The notes under the pieces: generated by a model | What the model saw: the letters and a program-made list of their open reading frames with translations, nothing else | Databases searched by the model: none | Told to the model about the DNA's origin: nothing | Origin: Gemmatimonadota bacterium | Lineage (GTDB): Bacteria > Gemmatimonadota > Gemmatimonadetes > Gemmatimonadales > GWC2-71-9 | Length of the DNA: 64,000 nucleotides | Assembly: GCA_003221005.1 (NCBI GenBank) | Contig: QHTZ01000071.1 | Span: 16,443 to 80,442, forward strand | Reading direction: 5' to 3' | Part shown: positions 17,453 through 25,935 of the stretch, piece after piece | Layout of the letters: the number at the start of each line of letters is the position of its first letter | How positions within the stretch are numbered: the stretch's first letter is position 1 | Position numbers and translations under genes: made by a program

Positions 17453-18994
17453 CTAGCGCGGCAGGGATGGAGCGGGGAGGACGGCCTGCGCCGCCGCGAG
17501 GTAGGTCGCTGCGCGGAGACCCTCGGCCGGGATCACACCCGCAAATGCCTCCAGAGTGGCTTCCGCGCGCCGCCGGTAGCCCGCATCGCCCGTGGCGTCG
17601 GCGAGCTGCAGCAGCACGCGCGCCGCCCAGGCATTCGCTCCCGGCAACAGGTCGTCGAGAACCTGTTTGGTGCGATCCGCGAGAGCCGGCGCCGCGGGAT
17701 CAGCCCCGGATGCGTCGAAGTAGCCACCCATCGGGTCGGCGAAGTCGCGCTCGAAGATCGCCACGAGGTCCTGAGCCACGCGGAGGTACCGAGGGTCGCC
17801 CGTGGCGTTGTATGCGGCGAGACAGGCGCTGCTCACCTGCACCTGATCCTGCAGCAGCGCCGGCCCAGCGCTCCGCGAGTGGCCGACGTGGCGCACCCCC
17901 CGCCCGCTGGTATAGGCGTGGGCGAGCAGCCCGTCCAACGCCGTTAGGGCGCTCCGCTCGGCCGTCGAATCGCCGGTGCTAGCCGCCGCCTCGAGCACCG
18001 AGCCAATCACGTAGGCCTCGCGGTCCGCGAATACCACGCGATCGTCTGCCCCGCTCAGATCGCGGAGCAGCGACCCCAGCAGATGGCGCGCGGCGTCGCG
18101 ATATCTGGGCTCTGCCGCTAGCGCCCAACCCACCGCCAAGTTGCGCAGCATCCCGGCACGCACGAGGCCGGGCGGGTCGTCGCGCTCGCCGGCGGCCGCC
18201 GCGGCCTCGACCGAGTCCGCGACCACGTCGAGCGCCGAGCGGGCCACGTCCAGATCGCTCGAGTCGCCGCCGCGCGCCGACGCGGCGAGCAGGAGCGCGG
18301 CCGCCCGGGTGTAGGTCAGGCTGCCGAGTGCCGCCCGTGAGTGCTGCGCGCTCTCGAGCGCGGCCCGCACGCCGTTGATCGCCGCTTCAACAGTGCGTGG
18401 CTCCAGCACGCCGTGAGCCCCCGCTTCACGCGTGTACGCCAGCTGCCGGACGAGAGCGGCCTGGCGTCGCACGAAACCGCGCCGCTCCCTGAAGCTCCGC
18501 GCCACGTCCGGAAGGATCTGCTTCATGCCGCGGCCCGTCACCGGATCGTCCGCAGGAAAGTAGGTGCCGCCAAAAAAAGGCGAGCCATCGGGCGTGAGAA
18601 AGACCGTGAGGGGATAGCCGCGCAGGCCGGTGAGCAACTGCACCGCGACCCCGTAGCGCGCCGCTACGTCGGGACGCTCGTCTCGATCGACGCGCACCGG
18701 CACGAATAGTGAGTCGATCAACGCGCCGAGCACGAAGTCGGTGTAGGTCTCGCGATCCATCACCGCGCAGTACCGGCACTCCTCGGCCCCGACGTAGAGC
18801 AGGATGGGCCGATCGAGCCGCGCCGCCAGCTTGAAGGCCTCACGGCCCCACGACTGCCAGCTGACCGGGTCGCGCGCCGCGCGCGTGAGGTAGCGGGTGC
18901 CGGACTCCGCCATCTGGTTGGTGAGCGCCGCACGCTCCGCTACGCACGCGATCACGCACAGCGAAGCGAGGGTGGCGAAGGGAGCAGAGCGCAT
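17453..18994 (-). CDS. DUF255/YyaL-like thioredoxin-domain protein with a six-hairpin C-terminal domain (probable lipoprotein)
   Basis: VSWQSWGREAFKLAARLDRPILLYVGAEECRYCAVMDRETY...GYPLTVFLTPDGSPFFGGTYFP matches the DUF255 thioredoxin-like fold. The N-terminus has a lipobox-like LCVIAC. Confidence 0.8.
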   Translation of the reverse strand: MRSAPFATLASLCVIACVAERAALTNQMAESGTRYLTRAARDPVSWQSWGREAFKLAARLDRPILLYVGAEECRYCAVMDRETYTDFVLGALIDSLFVPVRVDRDERPDVAARYGVAVQLLTGLRGYPLTVFLTPDGSPFFGGTYFPADDPVTGRGMKQILPDVARSFRERRGFVRRQAALVRQLAYTREAGAHGVLEPRTVEAAINGVRAALESAQHSRAALGSLTYTRAAALLLAASARGGDSSDLDVARSALDVVADSVEAAAAAGERDDPPGLVRAGMLRNLAVGWALAAEPRYRDAARHLLGSLLRDLSGADDRVVFADREAYVIGSVLEAAASTGDSTAERSALTALDGLLAHAYTSGRGVRHVGHSRSAGPALLQDQVQVSSACLAAYNATGDPRYLRVAQDLVAIFERDFADPMGGYFDASGADPAAPALADRTKQVLDDLLPGANAWAARVLLQLADATGDAGYRRRAEATLEAFAGVIPAEGLRAATYLAAAQAVLPAPSLPR

Positions 18995-19112
18995 GGGGAC
19001 GGCGTCTCAAGATACCCGACCGATCACGCAGCCGTTCCCGGACATGTGGCCGCGATCCCGTGCGCCGGCCTAGAGTTTGGTGCGTCCAGACGCCAGGTGT
19101 ACCTTGGTGGAC

Positions 19113-19358
19113 ATGAACGAGACGCCGACAACCATCACCCCCAAGCCCAACGGGCCCCTGGTCGTGGCCGGCCCGGTACGGATTGTGACGCCCGACGGGG
19201 CCACCATACCCGTGCCCCCGCGGAAGGACGGGCGACCGGCGGAAGTCGTTGTCCTGTGCCGCTGTGGAGGTTCCGCCACCAAGCCGTTTTGTGACGGAAC
19301 TCACAAACGCATCGGCTTTTCTGACGGCTCCACGCCCCGCCCGATTCCCACGGTCTGA
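19113..19358 (+). CDS. CDGSH-type iron-sulfur domain protein
   Basis: Contains the signature CRCGGSATKPFCDGTH. I prefer ATG 19113 (MNETPTT). Confidence 0.8.
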   Translation: MNETPTTITPKPNGPLVVAGPVRIVTPDGATIPVPPRKDGRPAEVVVLCRCGGSATKPFCDGTHKRIGFSDGSTPRPIPTV

Positions 19359-19448
19359 GGGCGCCGTATTATGTTGTGACCGTCCCGGGGGGGGGTACCG
19401 CGCGGCCTGTTCGGCCCCCGCCCGCCGGCCCCCTAACGGAGGAACAAC

Positions 19449-19625
19449 ATGGCGAAGGGTGGAAAGACTCCGATGGCTGCGGATGAGGGCTACTGCGTGA
19501 AGTGCAAGGCGAAGCGCAAAATCTCGAACGCGCAGCAGGTGAAGATGGCCAACGGCCGGCCCGCGCTGAAGGGCGTCTGCCCCGTCTGCGGAACGGGCAT
19601 GTTCAAGATCCTGCCGCCGAAGTAG
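19449..19625 (+). CDS. DUF5679-like small zinc-ribbon protein (58 aa, below the ORF-track cut-off)
   Basis: Translated by hand as MAKGGKTPMAADEGYCVKCKAKRKISNAQQVKMANGRPALKGVCPVCGTGMFKILPPK. It has the pattern CxxC...NGRP...CxxCGT.MF.I. GGAGG lies 6 nt upstream. Confidence 0.7.
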   Translation: MAKGGKTPMAADEGYCVKCKAKRKISNAQQVKMANGRPALKGVCPVCGTGMFKILPPK

Positions 19626-19649
19626 CGTCCCGCGATCCCGCGGTGTTGC

Positions 19650-19681
19650 GGAGCCCCCGGCAGCCTCCTGCCGGGGGCTCC
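19650..19681. terminator. Perfect 14-bp GC-rich hairpin shared by convergent genes (probable bidirectional terminator)
   Basis: GGAGCCCCCGGCAG-cctc-CTGCCGGGGGCTCC. It lies 24 nt after the DUF5679 stop and 1 nt from the HmuY-like stop. Only a short TTT follows on the + strand. Confidence 0.6.
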
Positions 19682-19682
19682 G

Positions 19683-20267
19683 TCATTTGACCCGGCGGCT
19701 GCTGTCTCCCTGGTAAGCGTAGCGGAAGGTGACGCAGGCAGTGCCCGCATCCTTACAATAGTAAGCAAGGATCTCGAGCTTGGCGTACTTCCCGCCCGGC
19801 GTGCGCACGCCGTACACGTGGTGTTTCGATGTGAGGAGATGCGTCAGCATGCTGTAGTCATACCACTTTCCGACGCCAGGATTCGTCGTGTCGGGGACGG
19901 CATCGTTTGCGAGGTACCCGCCGCTGGGGAGCAGGACCACCGAGTCGAACGGCACCGCGCCGAGATCCTGGATGCCGCCACCTGGTGCTGCGATCAGATG
20001 AAACCGCCGGAACGCCACGTCCCAGGCCCCAGTGTCGACCACCGCGTTACGCGTGAAGGCGAAGCGGTGCCACAGCTCCGTGGAGGACGCATCGAGCGTG
20101 TACGTGGCGGGGCCTACCAGCGTGTCGCCCACGGCGCCGGGGCGAGGCACCGTGAGCTGGTAGGGCGGGAATTCGGGACGTGTGAACGAGCCGATGAGGA
20201 GCGCGGCCGCTAGCAGCACGAAGGCGATGGCCATCACGAGCACCAGGATCGGTGGGCGCCCGCTCAC
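19683..20267 (-). CDS. HmuY-like family protein, membrane-anchored
   Basis: WDVAFRRFHLIAAPGGG, WYDYSMLTHLLTS..HVYGVRTPGGKYAKLEILAYY match the HmuY-family pattern. The start is ambiguous: GTG 20267 gives a GTGA overlap with the pruA stop, and the listed start is 20294. Confidence 0.6.
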   Translation of the reverse strand: MSGRPPILVLVMAIAFVLLAAALLIGSFTRPEFPPYQLTVPRPGAVGDTLVGPATYTLDASSTELWHRFAFTRNAVVDTGAWDVAFRRFHLIAAPGGGIQDLGAVPFDSVVLLPSGGYLANDAVPDTTNPGVGKWYDYSMLTHLLTSKHHVYGVRTPGGKYAKLEILAYYCKDAGTACVTFRYAYQGDSSRRVK

Positions 20268-21892
20268 CGCTCCGCCATGAACGGGTAGGCCCACTGCCTC
20301 GGCGGCACGAGGTTCTCCTTGATGGCCCGCGGGCTCGTCCAGCGGATCAGATTGAGGAGACTACCGGCCTTATCATTCGTGCCGCTCGCCCGCGCCCCAC
20401 CGAACGGCTGCTGCCCCACGACGGCGCCCGTGGGTTTGTCGTTCACGTAGAAATTCCCCGCGGCGTACCGCAACGCTTGCTGCGCCTCAGCCACCGCCCG
20501 CCGATCCTGGGCGAAGATGGCGCCCGTGAGGGCGTAGGGCGACGTCCGGTCCACCACCGCCAGCGTGTCTGCCCAGCGAGCCTCCGGGTACACGTACACC
20601 GACAAGACCGGCCCGAAGATCTCCTCGCACATCGTGCGGTATCCGGCGTCGTCGACCTGAATCAGCGTGGGCTCAATGAAGTAGCCGTCGCGGTCGTCCG
20701 CGCCTCCCCCGAACAGGATCGCGGCCCCCGCCCCCGTCTTGGCGCTCGCGAGGTACCCCGAGATCTTGTCGAACGCCTTGCGGTCGATCACGGCGCCCAT
20801 GAAGTTGCGGAAATCGGCGGGATCGCCGACGCGAACGTCGGCGAGCATGCCGAGCACCCGCTCCCGTACGCGCGGCCAGAGCGCGTCGGGCACGTAGGCC
20901 CGCGAGGCGGCGCTGCACTTCTGGCCCTGGTACTCGTAGGCGCCCCGCACCATCGCGACCGCGAGCGCGTCGACGTCCGCGCTGGCGTGCGCGACGATGA
21001 AGTCCTTCCCCCCCGTCTCTCCCACCAAGCGTGGGTAGCCCGCGTACTCCGTGAGGTGCTCCGCCGCGCGCTTCCAAAGGAGCTGAAACACTTCCGTGGA
21101 GCCTGTAAAGTGGATGCCGGCGAGGTACCGGTCGCCGAGCAGCGCATCGGATACGACGGTCGACGGACCCGGCACGAAATTGATCACGCCCGGCGGCAAA
21201 CCAGCTTCCTCGAGCAGCTTCAGCACAAAGTAGTTCGAGAACACGGCCGTGGCCGCCGGTTTCCAGACGACGGCGTTGCCCATGATCGCGGGGGCGGTGG
21301 GGAGGTTGCCGCCGATCGAGGTGAAGTTGAAGGGCGTGATCGCGTACACGAACCCCTCGAGCGGCCGGTACTCCATGGCGTTCCACGCGCCGGCCACGGA
21401 CAGCGGCTGCTCGTGGTACACCCGCTCCGCGTAGTGCACGTTGAAACGGAAGAAGTCAATGAGCTCGCAAGCGGCATCGATCTCAGCCTGATGGGGCGTC
21501 TTTGACTGGCCGAGCATGGTCGCCGCGTTCACGATCTGACGGTGGCGCGTCCCAAGGAGGTCCGCCGCTTTGAGGAACACGAGGCCGCGACGCTCGAGGG
21601 GCCATGTCGACCACTCCCGCCACGCCTCCCGCGCGGCGGCGATTGCGGCACGCACCTGATCCGGGCCCGCCTGGTGGACGTGCGCCAGGACATGCCGGTG
21701 GCAATGCGGCATCACGACGTCGGCGGTGGCGGCGGTGCGCACCTCTTTGCCACCGATGACGAGCGGGATCTCGATGGGCCGTGCGGCAAGGTCCCGCAGC
21801 GCCTGTTTCAGCTCCGTTCGCTCGGGAGTGCCCGGTGCGTAAGAGAGCACCGCCTCGTTGACTGGAGTGGGGAGCGTGGGTGTGGCGAGCAT
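20264..21892 (-). CDS. pruA: L-glutamate gamma-semialdehyde (1-pyrroline-5-carboxylate) dehydrogenase
   Basis: Aldehyde dehydrogenase fold with PruA-type segments ITPFNFTSIGGNL, VVWKPA, FTGST, ETGGKD and the catalytic Cys in GQKCSA. I prefer ATG 21892 (MLATPTLP), giving 542 aa. Confidence 0.9.
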   Translation of the reverse strand: MLATPTLPTPVNEAVLSYAPGTPERTELKQALRDLAARPIEIPLVIGGKEVRTAATADVVMPHCHRHVLAHVHQAGPDQVRAAIAAAREAWREWSTWPLERRGLVFLKAADLLGTRHRQIVNAATMLGQSKTPHQAEIDAACELIDFFRFNVHYAERVYHEQPLSVAGAWNAMEYRPLEGFVYAITPFNFTSIGGNLPTAPAIMGNAVVWKPAATAVFSNYFVLKLLEEAGLPPGVINFVPGPSTVVSDALLGDRYLAGIHFTGSTEVFQLLWKRAAEHLTEYAGYPRLVGETGGKDFIVAHASADVDALAVAMVRGAYEYQGQKCSAASRAYVPDALWPRVRERVLGMLADVRVGDPADFRNFMGAVIDRKAFDKISGYLASAKTGAGAAILFGGGADDRDGYFIEPTLIQVDDAGYRTMCEEIFGPVLSVYVYPEARWADTLAVVDRTSPYALTGAIFAQDRRAVAEAQQALRYAAGNFYVNDKPTGAVVGQQPFGGARASGTNDKAGSLLNLIRWTSPRAIKENLVPPRQWAYPFMAER

Positions 21893-21909
21893 GGGAGGAA
21901 ATGTAAGTC

Positions 21910-21989
21910 GTTCCACGACGCCACGACGCCACGTTCCAAGCCCTCCCCGGATGCGGCCTCGTGGAGCGTGCAACGTGGCGTCGTGGAAC
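21910..21989. repeat. Perfect 16-bp inverted repeat spanning the pruA / VOC divergent intergenic region
   Basis: GTTCCACGACGCCACG (21910-21925) and CGTGGCGTCGTGGAAC (21974-21989) are separated by 48 nt. The left arm sits in a CCACGACG tandem duplication. Confidence 0.7.
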
Positions 21990-22006
21990 ACTCAAGCGTT
22001 CCTTAG

Positions 22007-22486
22007 GTGATGCCCATCGATCCTCGCACCCGCATCGGCCACGTGCACCTGACGGTCTCCGATCTCGACCGCGCGGTCGCCTTCTACCGCGACGTCCTGG
22101 GTTTCGAGGTCACGAGCCGGTACGGCCGGGACGCGGTGTTCCTCTCAGCCGGCGGATACCATCATCATCTGGGGCTAAACACTTGGGCGGGGCGCGGCGC
22201 GCCGCAGCCTCCCCGGGGAACCACCGGGCTGTATCACTTCGCGATCCTGTATCCCGACCGGCCGACGTTGGCGCGGGCGGTGCGCCAGGTGCTCGATCAC
22301 GGCGTGCCGCTCGAGGGCGCAGCCGACCACGGGGTCAGCGAGGCAGTGTACCTCCGAGATTCCGACGGGAACGGCGTAGAGTTGTATCGCGATCGCCCCC
22401 AGAGCGAGTGGCCGCGGGCGCCCGACGGGAGCCTCGCCATGCAAACGCTCGCGCTCGACCTGAACGCCCTGCTCCTGGAAGCCTAG
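22007..22486 (+). CDS. VOC (glyoxalase/bleomycin-resistance/extradiol dioxygenase) family protein
   Basis: IGHVHLTVSDLDRAVAFYRDVLGF and HGVSEAVYLRDSDGNGVELY are typical VOC beta-alpha-beta-beta-beta modules. The start is GTG 22007 or ATG 22010. Confidence 0.85.
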   Translation: MMPIDPRTRIGHVHLTVSDLDRAVAFYRDVLGFEVTSRYGRDAVFLSAGGYHHHLGLNTWAGRGAPQPPRGTTGLYHFAILYPDRPTLARAVRQVLDHGVPLEGAADHGVSEAVYLRDSDGNGVELYRDRPQSEWPRAPDGSLAMQTLALDLNALLLEA

Positions 22487-23655
22487 GCCTGCGCGACGTG
22501 CGTGGCGGACTGCTCGGTGGCAGAAGCATGCGGATCTGCGGCTCGCTGGGGCGGGATGGGCAGGCTCAGGGTGACGGTGGTGCCAACCCCGACCACCGAG
22601 TCGACGGCGACGTGGCCGCCGAACATGTTGCGCACGACGTCGCTGACGAGGGCGAGCCCCATCCCCGTGCCTTCGCCGTACCCCTTGGTAGTGAAACCTG
22701 CCTCGAAGATCCGATCGAGGTGCTGCACCGCGATCCCCACCCCCTTGTCGCGCACGCTGACGCGGAGTGATTGGCCGGCGCGCTCCACCGCTACCGAGAC
22801 CGGCTCGGGCCGACCAGACGCGGCATCGGCCGCGTTGCGAATCAGGTTGACGAGCGCGTCGTACAGCGCGTTCGGGTCGCCCAAGAGGTAGGTCGCATCC
22901 AGCGATCCGGCGAACTCGAGAGACACGCGGTCCTTGATCACCCGCCCCTCGAGGGTACAGCAGGACTGTACTACGCGCACGGCGTCGAACCGCTCCCAAC
23001 GGGCCAGCGCGCCCCGGGCCCGGTCGCGCACGGCCCGCACGAACTGTGTGCCGCGATCGATGTCCTCGAGCACCTGTCCCAGCTCGTCGAGGGCTTCCAG
23101 GCGCCGGCCCGCGTCCACGTCGGTCCAGCCGCCGATGGCCTCGATCGCGAGCTGCAGGGCCGCGCGGGCGGTCGTGAGGCGGTTGCCGAGCTCGTGCGCC
23201 ATTACCGCGGGAAGGCTGGTGAGGTCGCGGAACGGTCCTGTGGCGGACGCGCCCGGGTCCCCCGCCTCGATCGCTACCACGCTCCGGTCCATGAGACCGA
23301 TGCACAGCGCCGCCAGCTCGAGCGTGAGCCGCTCGGCGCTGCGGCGTTCCTGTCCCCCGGGAGGGGGTGCGGGTGGCCGGGTGCGGACGGGAGCGATCAG
23401 CCAGGGGCCCTCAGGAGCGGTTGGGCAGCCGACCCAGCGGCTTCCCTGCACGATAGGGATCTGCCAACGCCGCAGCGTGCCGTCTACATCGAGATGTGTG
23501 GCGTGGTGAGTGGGAGTAGGGTCGCTGGAGAGCTTGGGATCGAGCTCAGCCTTCGAGGAAACTTCCCACAATGTCACGGGCCGGCCGCCGAGCGCGACGC
23601 TCGCCTGCCGTAGCACTTCCTGTCTGGTGTCTTCGCCCGCCCGAGGTTCGCTCAC
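22483..23655 (-). CDS. Cytoplasmic sensor histidine kinase (N-terminal GAF-like region + HisKA + HATPase_c)
   Basis: Contains H-box VMAHELGNRLT, N-box NLIRNAADA, G-boxes DKGVGI and GTGMGL. The start is uncertain: I favour GTG 23655 (after GGGAGAG), because the further 75 codons to 23880 are Arg/Pro-rich. Confidence 0.7.
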   Translation of the reverse strand: MSEPRAGEDTRQEVLRQASVALGGRPVTLWEVSSKAELDPKLSSDPTPTHHATHLDVDGTLRRWQIPIVQGSRWVGCPTAPEGPWLIAPVRTRPPAPPPGGQERRSAERLTLELAALCIGLMDRSVVAIEAGDPGASATGPFRDLTSLPAVMAHELGNRLTTARAALQLAIEAIGGWTDVDAGRRLEALDELGQVLEDIDRGTQFVRAVRDRARGALARWERFDAVRVVQSCCTLEGRVIKDRVSLEFAGSLDATYLLGDPNALYDALVNLIRNAADAASGRPEPVSVAVERAGQSLRVSVRDKGVGIAVQHLDRIFEAGFTTKGYGEGTGMGLALVSDVVRNMFGGHVAVDSVVGVGTTVTLSLPIPPQRAADPHASATEQSATHVAQA

Positions 23656-23805
23656 CCACTCTCCCGACCACCACACTCGTGACCGCGCGGGCGGCGCCGA
23701 ACGCCGTCCTGCGGCTCGCGGCAATAAGCAATTGTAAGGGGGGCGCGCCCTACATATTGGGGGATTCGGCGGCCGCGTCAAGCGAGGGGCCGCCCCGGTC
23801 CGGGT

Positions 23806-23834
23806 TTGACACCTCAGGCCGTACCGGATAGCGT
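23806..23834 (+). promoter_or_regulatory. Candidate sigma-70-type promoter TTGACA-N17-TAGCGT
   Basis: A perfect -35 hexamer, a 17-nt spacer and a TAnnnT -10 lie 39 nt upstream of ATG 23873. Confidence 0.4.
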
Positions 23835-23872
23835 CTTGTCTTCCGCTCACTTGCCGAGACCAGGCTCGCGTC

Positions 23873-24499
23873 ATGACCACTCCTGAGCCGCGCTTCTCGA
23901 TGCCGCGTTCCTCGTTCGCGATCGCGATGAAGGACTACACGTTCATCCGGCCAGGCATCGCGGTCATCATCAGCGCGGCGACCCTCGTCGTCGCCCTCAT
24001 CTTCGGACTCGACCTCATCGCGTCGCTGCGGCACGCCGCGGCCACGGTACGCCACGGCGCCCGCGCCACCCAGACGCTGCACCGCTACAACGCGGGCCTC
24101 GAGGTGTGGCGCCGCATGGCGACCAGCACCGCGCCCGCGTACCAGCGTCCCGAGCGCGTCGCGCACCGGGACAGCATCCGCCAGGCCCTCCGTACCCAGA
24201 TCGGCGCCCTCGCCGGCTCGCTCGACAACCCGATCGATCACGACCTCGCCCAGAGCGTGCTGGAAGGATTGGCGAGCACCGACGAGGCCTCGGGCGTCAA
24301 GGCGCGCGAGGCGATGATCGTGCTGCTCGCGCATCAGGACGCCGCCCTGTTCGACGCGGCGGCCACTGCCGCGCGCGCCGTGCAGCTTGCCGCGGTGCTG
24401 CTCGCCTTGACAATTCTCGCCGCAGGGATGCTCGTAGTCCCGATGGCGTGGCTCTACATCCGCCACAAGCGCGGGGCGACGATCGAGGTGAAGGTGTAG
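23873..24499 (+). CDS. Two-TM membrane protein resembling the detached sensor module of a histidine kinase
   Basis: TM1 is GIAVIISAATLVVALIFGL. A helical loop of about 120 aa follows, then TM2 LAAVLLALTILAAGMLVVPMAWL and a stop 12 codons later. There are no kinase motifs. Confidence 0.6.
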   Translation: MTTPEPRFSMPRSSFAIAMKDYTFIRPGIAVIISAATLVVALIFGLDLIASLRHAAATVRHGARATQTLHRYNAGLEVWRRMATSTAPAYQRPERVAHRDSIRQALRTQIGALAGSLDNPIDHDLAQSVLEGLASTDEASGVKAREAMIVLLAHQDAALFDAAATAARAVQLAAVLLALTILAAGMLVVPMAWLYIRHKRGATIEVKV

Positions 24500-24505
24500 G
24501 TCGCG

Positions 24506-24534
24506 TTGACACGCTCGGACGACCCCCCTAGGTT
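24506..24534 (+). promoter_or_regulatory. Candidate sigma-70-type promoter TTGACA-N17-TAGGTT
   Basis: It starts 7 nt after the stop of the 2-TM gene and lies about 60 nt upstream of the kinase-core ORF. Confidence 0.4.
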
Positions 24535-24593
24535 CGACCGGAAACGCCATAGGGACCCAGTTTGAGCGTAGCCGACAAGCGCAGTCGAGGCCC

Positions 24594-25316
24594 GTGCCCG
24601 GCGCGGGCCTTTTGCTGCTGGGGGTTGCGGTGAAGCGTCGCGACGCGGACGTCCGTGCCGCGGCCTCGCGGCGCCTGCTCGCGACCAGCGAGCGCGAGCT
24701 CCAACGCATCGTGCTCGACATGCACGACGGCCCCGTCCAGGACATCTTCGCGGCGCTGTCCCAGCTCCAGGTCCTCGAGCGCGCGCTCGCGCCCGACCCA
24801 CCCTCGCAGGTGCGCGCCCGGCAGGCGATGGGTCTGCTGGAGCGCGCGCTCGGCGAGATCCGGAACTTTATCGGAGCGTTCCGGCCCCCCGGGTTCGAGC
24901 GGCGGCCCCTCGGTGCGATCATCGAGGGTCTCGCGGTTCAGCACGAAACGCTGACCAACCAAGCCGTCGAGCTGACGGTACCGGCCGACCTGGGCGACTG
25001 CACACTCGCGGCGAAGATCGCCATATACCGGATCCTCCAGGAGGCGCTCGCCAACGGCCACCGCCACAGCGGAGCGCCGGGCCAGCGCGTCATGGTCGCA
25101 CGGCGCGACGTGACCATCACGCTCACCGTTTCGGACGACGGCAAGGGGTTCGACCCCGAGCGCGTCCTGGCGCGCGAAGCCGACGTCGGCGTCGAAGGCG
25201 GCCACTTCGGGCTCCGCGGCATCCAGGACCGGGTGGCGATGCTGGGCGGCACGTTCGCGCTCGAGAGCGCCCCCGGCCACGGCACGTCGCTGACAGTCGC
25301 GCTTCCGGCGGAGTGA
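24594..25316 (+). CDS. HisKA_3-type histidine kinase core (no TM or sensor domain)
   Basis: Contains the NarX/DesK-type H-box LQRIVLDMHDGPVQDI, N-box ILQEALANGHRH, DDGKGF and the G2 region GLRGIQDRVAMLGG. The start (GTG 24594 or later) is uncertain. Confidence 0.85.
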   Translation: MPGAGLLLLGVAVKRRDADVRAAASRRLLATSERELQRIVLDMHDGPVQDIFAALSQLQVLERALAPDPPSQVRARQAMGLLERALGEIRNFIGAFRPPGFERRPLGAIIEGLAVQHETLTNQAVELTVPADLGDCTLAAKIAIYRILQEALANGHRHSGAPGQRVMVARRDVTITLTVSDDGKGFDPERVLAREADVGVEGGHFGLRGIQDRVAMLGGTFALESAPGHGTSLTVALPAE

Positions 25317-25326
25317 CGCCGGCCCC

Positions 25327-25935
25327 ATGATTCGCGTGCTACTGGCGGACGATCACGCCATCGTCCTGGAGGGTTTGCGAGCGCTGCTCGACGGCGAGCC
25401 CGGCATCCGCGTCGTGGCAGCGACCACCGACGGCGCGGAGGTGGCCCGCCTGGTCGAACAGCACAAGCCCGACGTGGTCGTCCTCGACCTAGAGCTCGCT
25501 GGGATCAAGGGCACGCAGGTGCTGACCGCCCTGCGGGGGCGGCCCGCGCCTCCCAAGGTGCTCGTGCTGACCGCCTACAACGACGGCGAGGCGCTGCGCT
25601 CGGCGCTCGACGCGGGAGCCGATGGGCTGGCGCTGAAGACGGAGTCGCCGCAGCAGACCCTCACCGCGATCCGCCAGGTCCACGCGGGCCAGCTGGTGTT
25701 CCCGCAGGCGGCGCGCCGGTGGATCGAAGGGCGCGGGACCGGTGCGCCGGGCGATCTGACACCGCGTGAGCGCGAGGTGTGGGCGCTCATGGCGGCGGGC
25801 CTCACGAACCCCGAGATCGCGGAACGGCTGGGGCTCTCCGACAACACCGTCAAATTTCATGTGCAGCATCTCTTCTCCAAGCTGGGCGTCAAGAACCGCA
25901 CGGAGGCGGCGCTCAGGTACGCACACGGCCGCTAG
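25327..25935 (+). CDS. NarL/LuxR-family response regulator
   Basis: Has a receiver domain (LLADDH, VVVLDLELAG) and a LuxR HTH (LTPREREVWALMAAGLTNPEIAERLGLSDNTVKFHVQHLFSKLGV). Confidence 0.9.
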   Translation: MIRVLLADDHAIVLEGLRALLDGEPGIRVVAATTDGAEVARLVEQHKPDVVVLDLELAGIKGTQVLTALRGRPAPPKVLVLTAYNDGEALRSALDAGADGLALKTESPQQTLTAIRQVHAGQLVFPQAARRWIEGRGTGAPGDLTPREREVWALMAAGLTNPEIAERLGLSDNTVKFHVQHLFSKLGVKNRTEAALRYAHGR

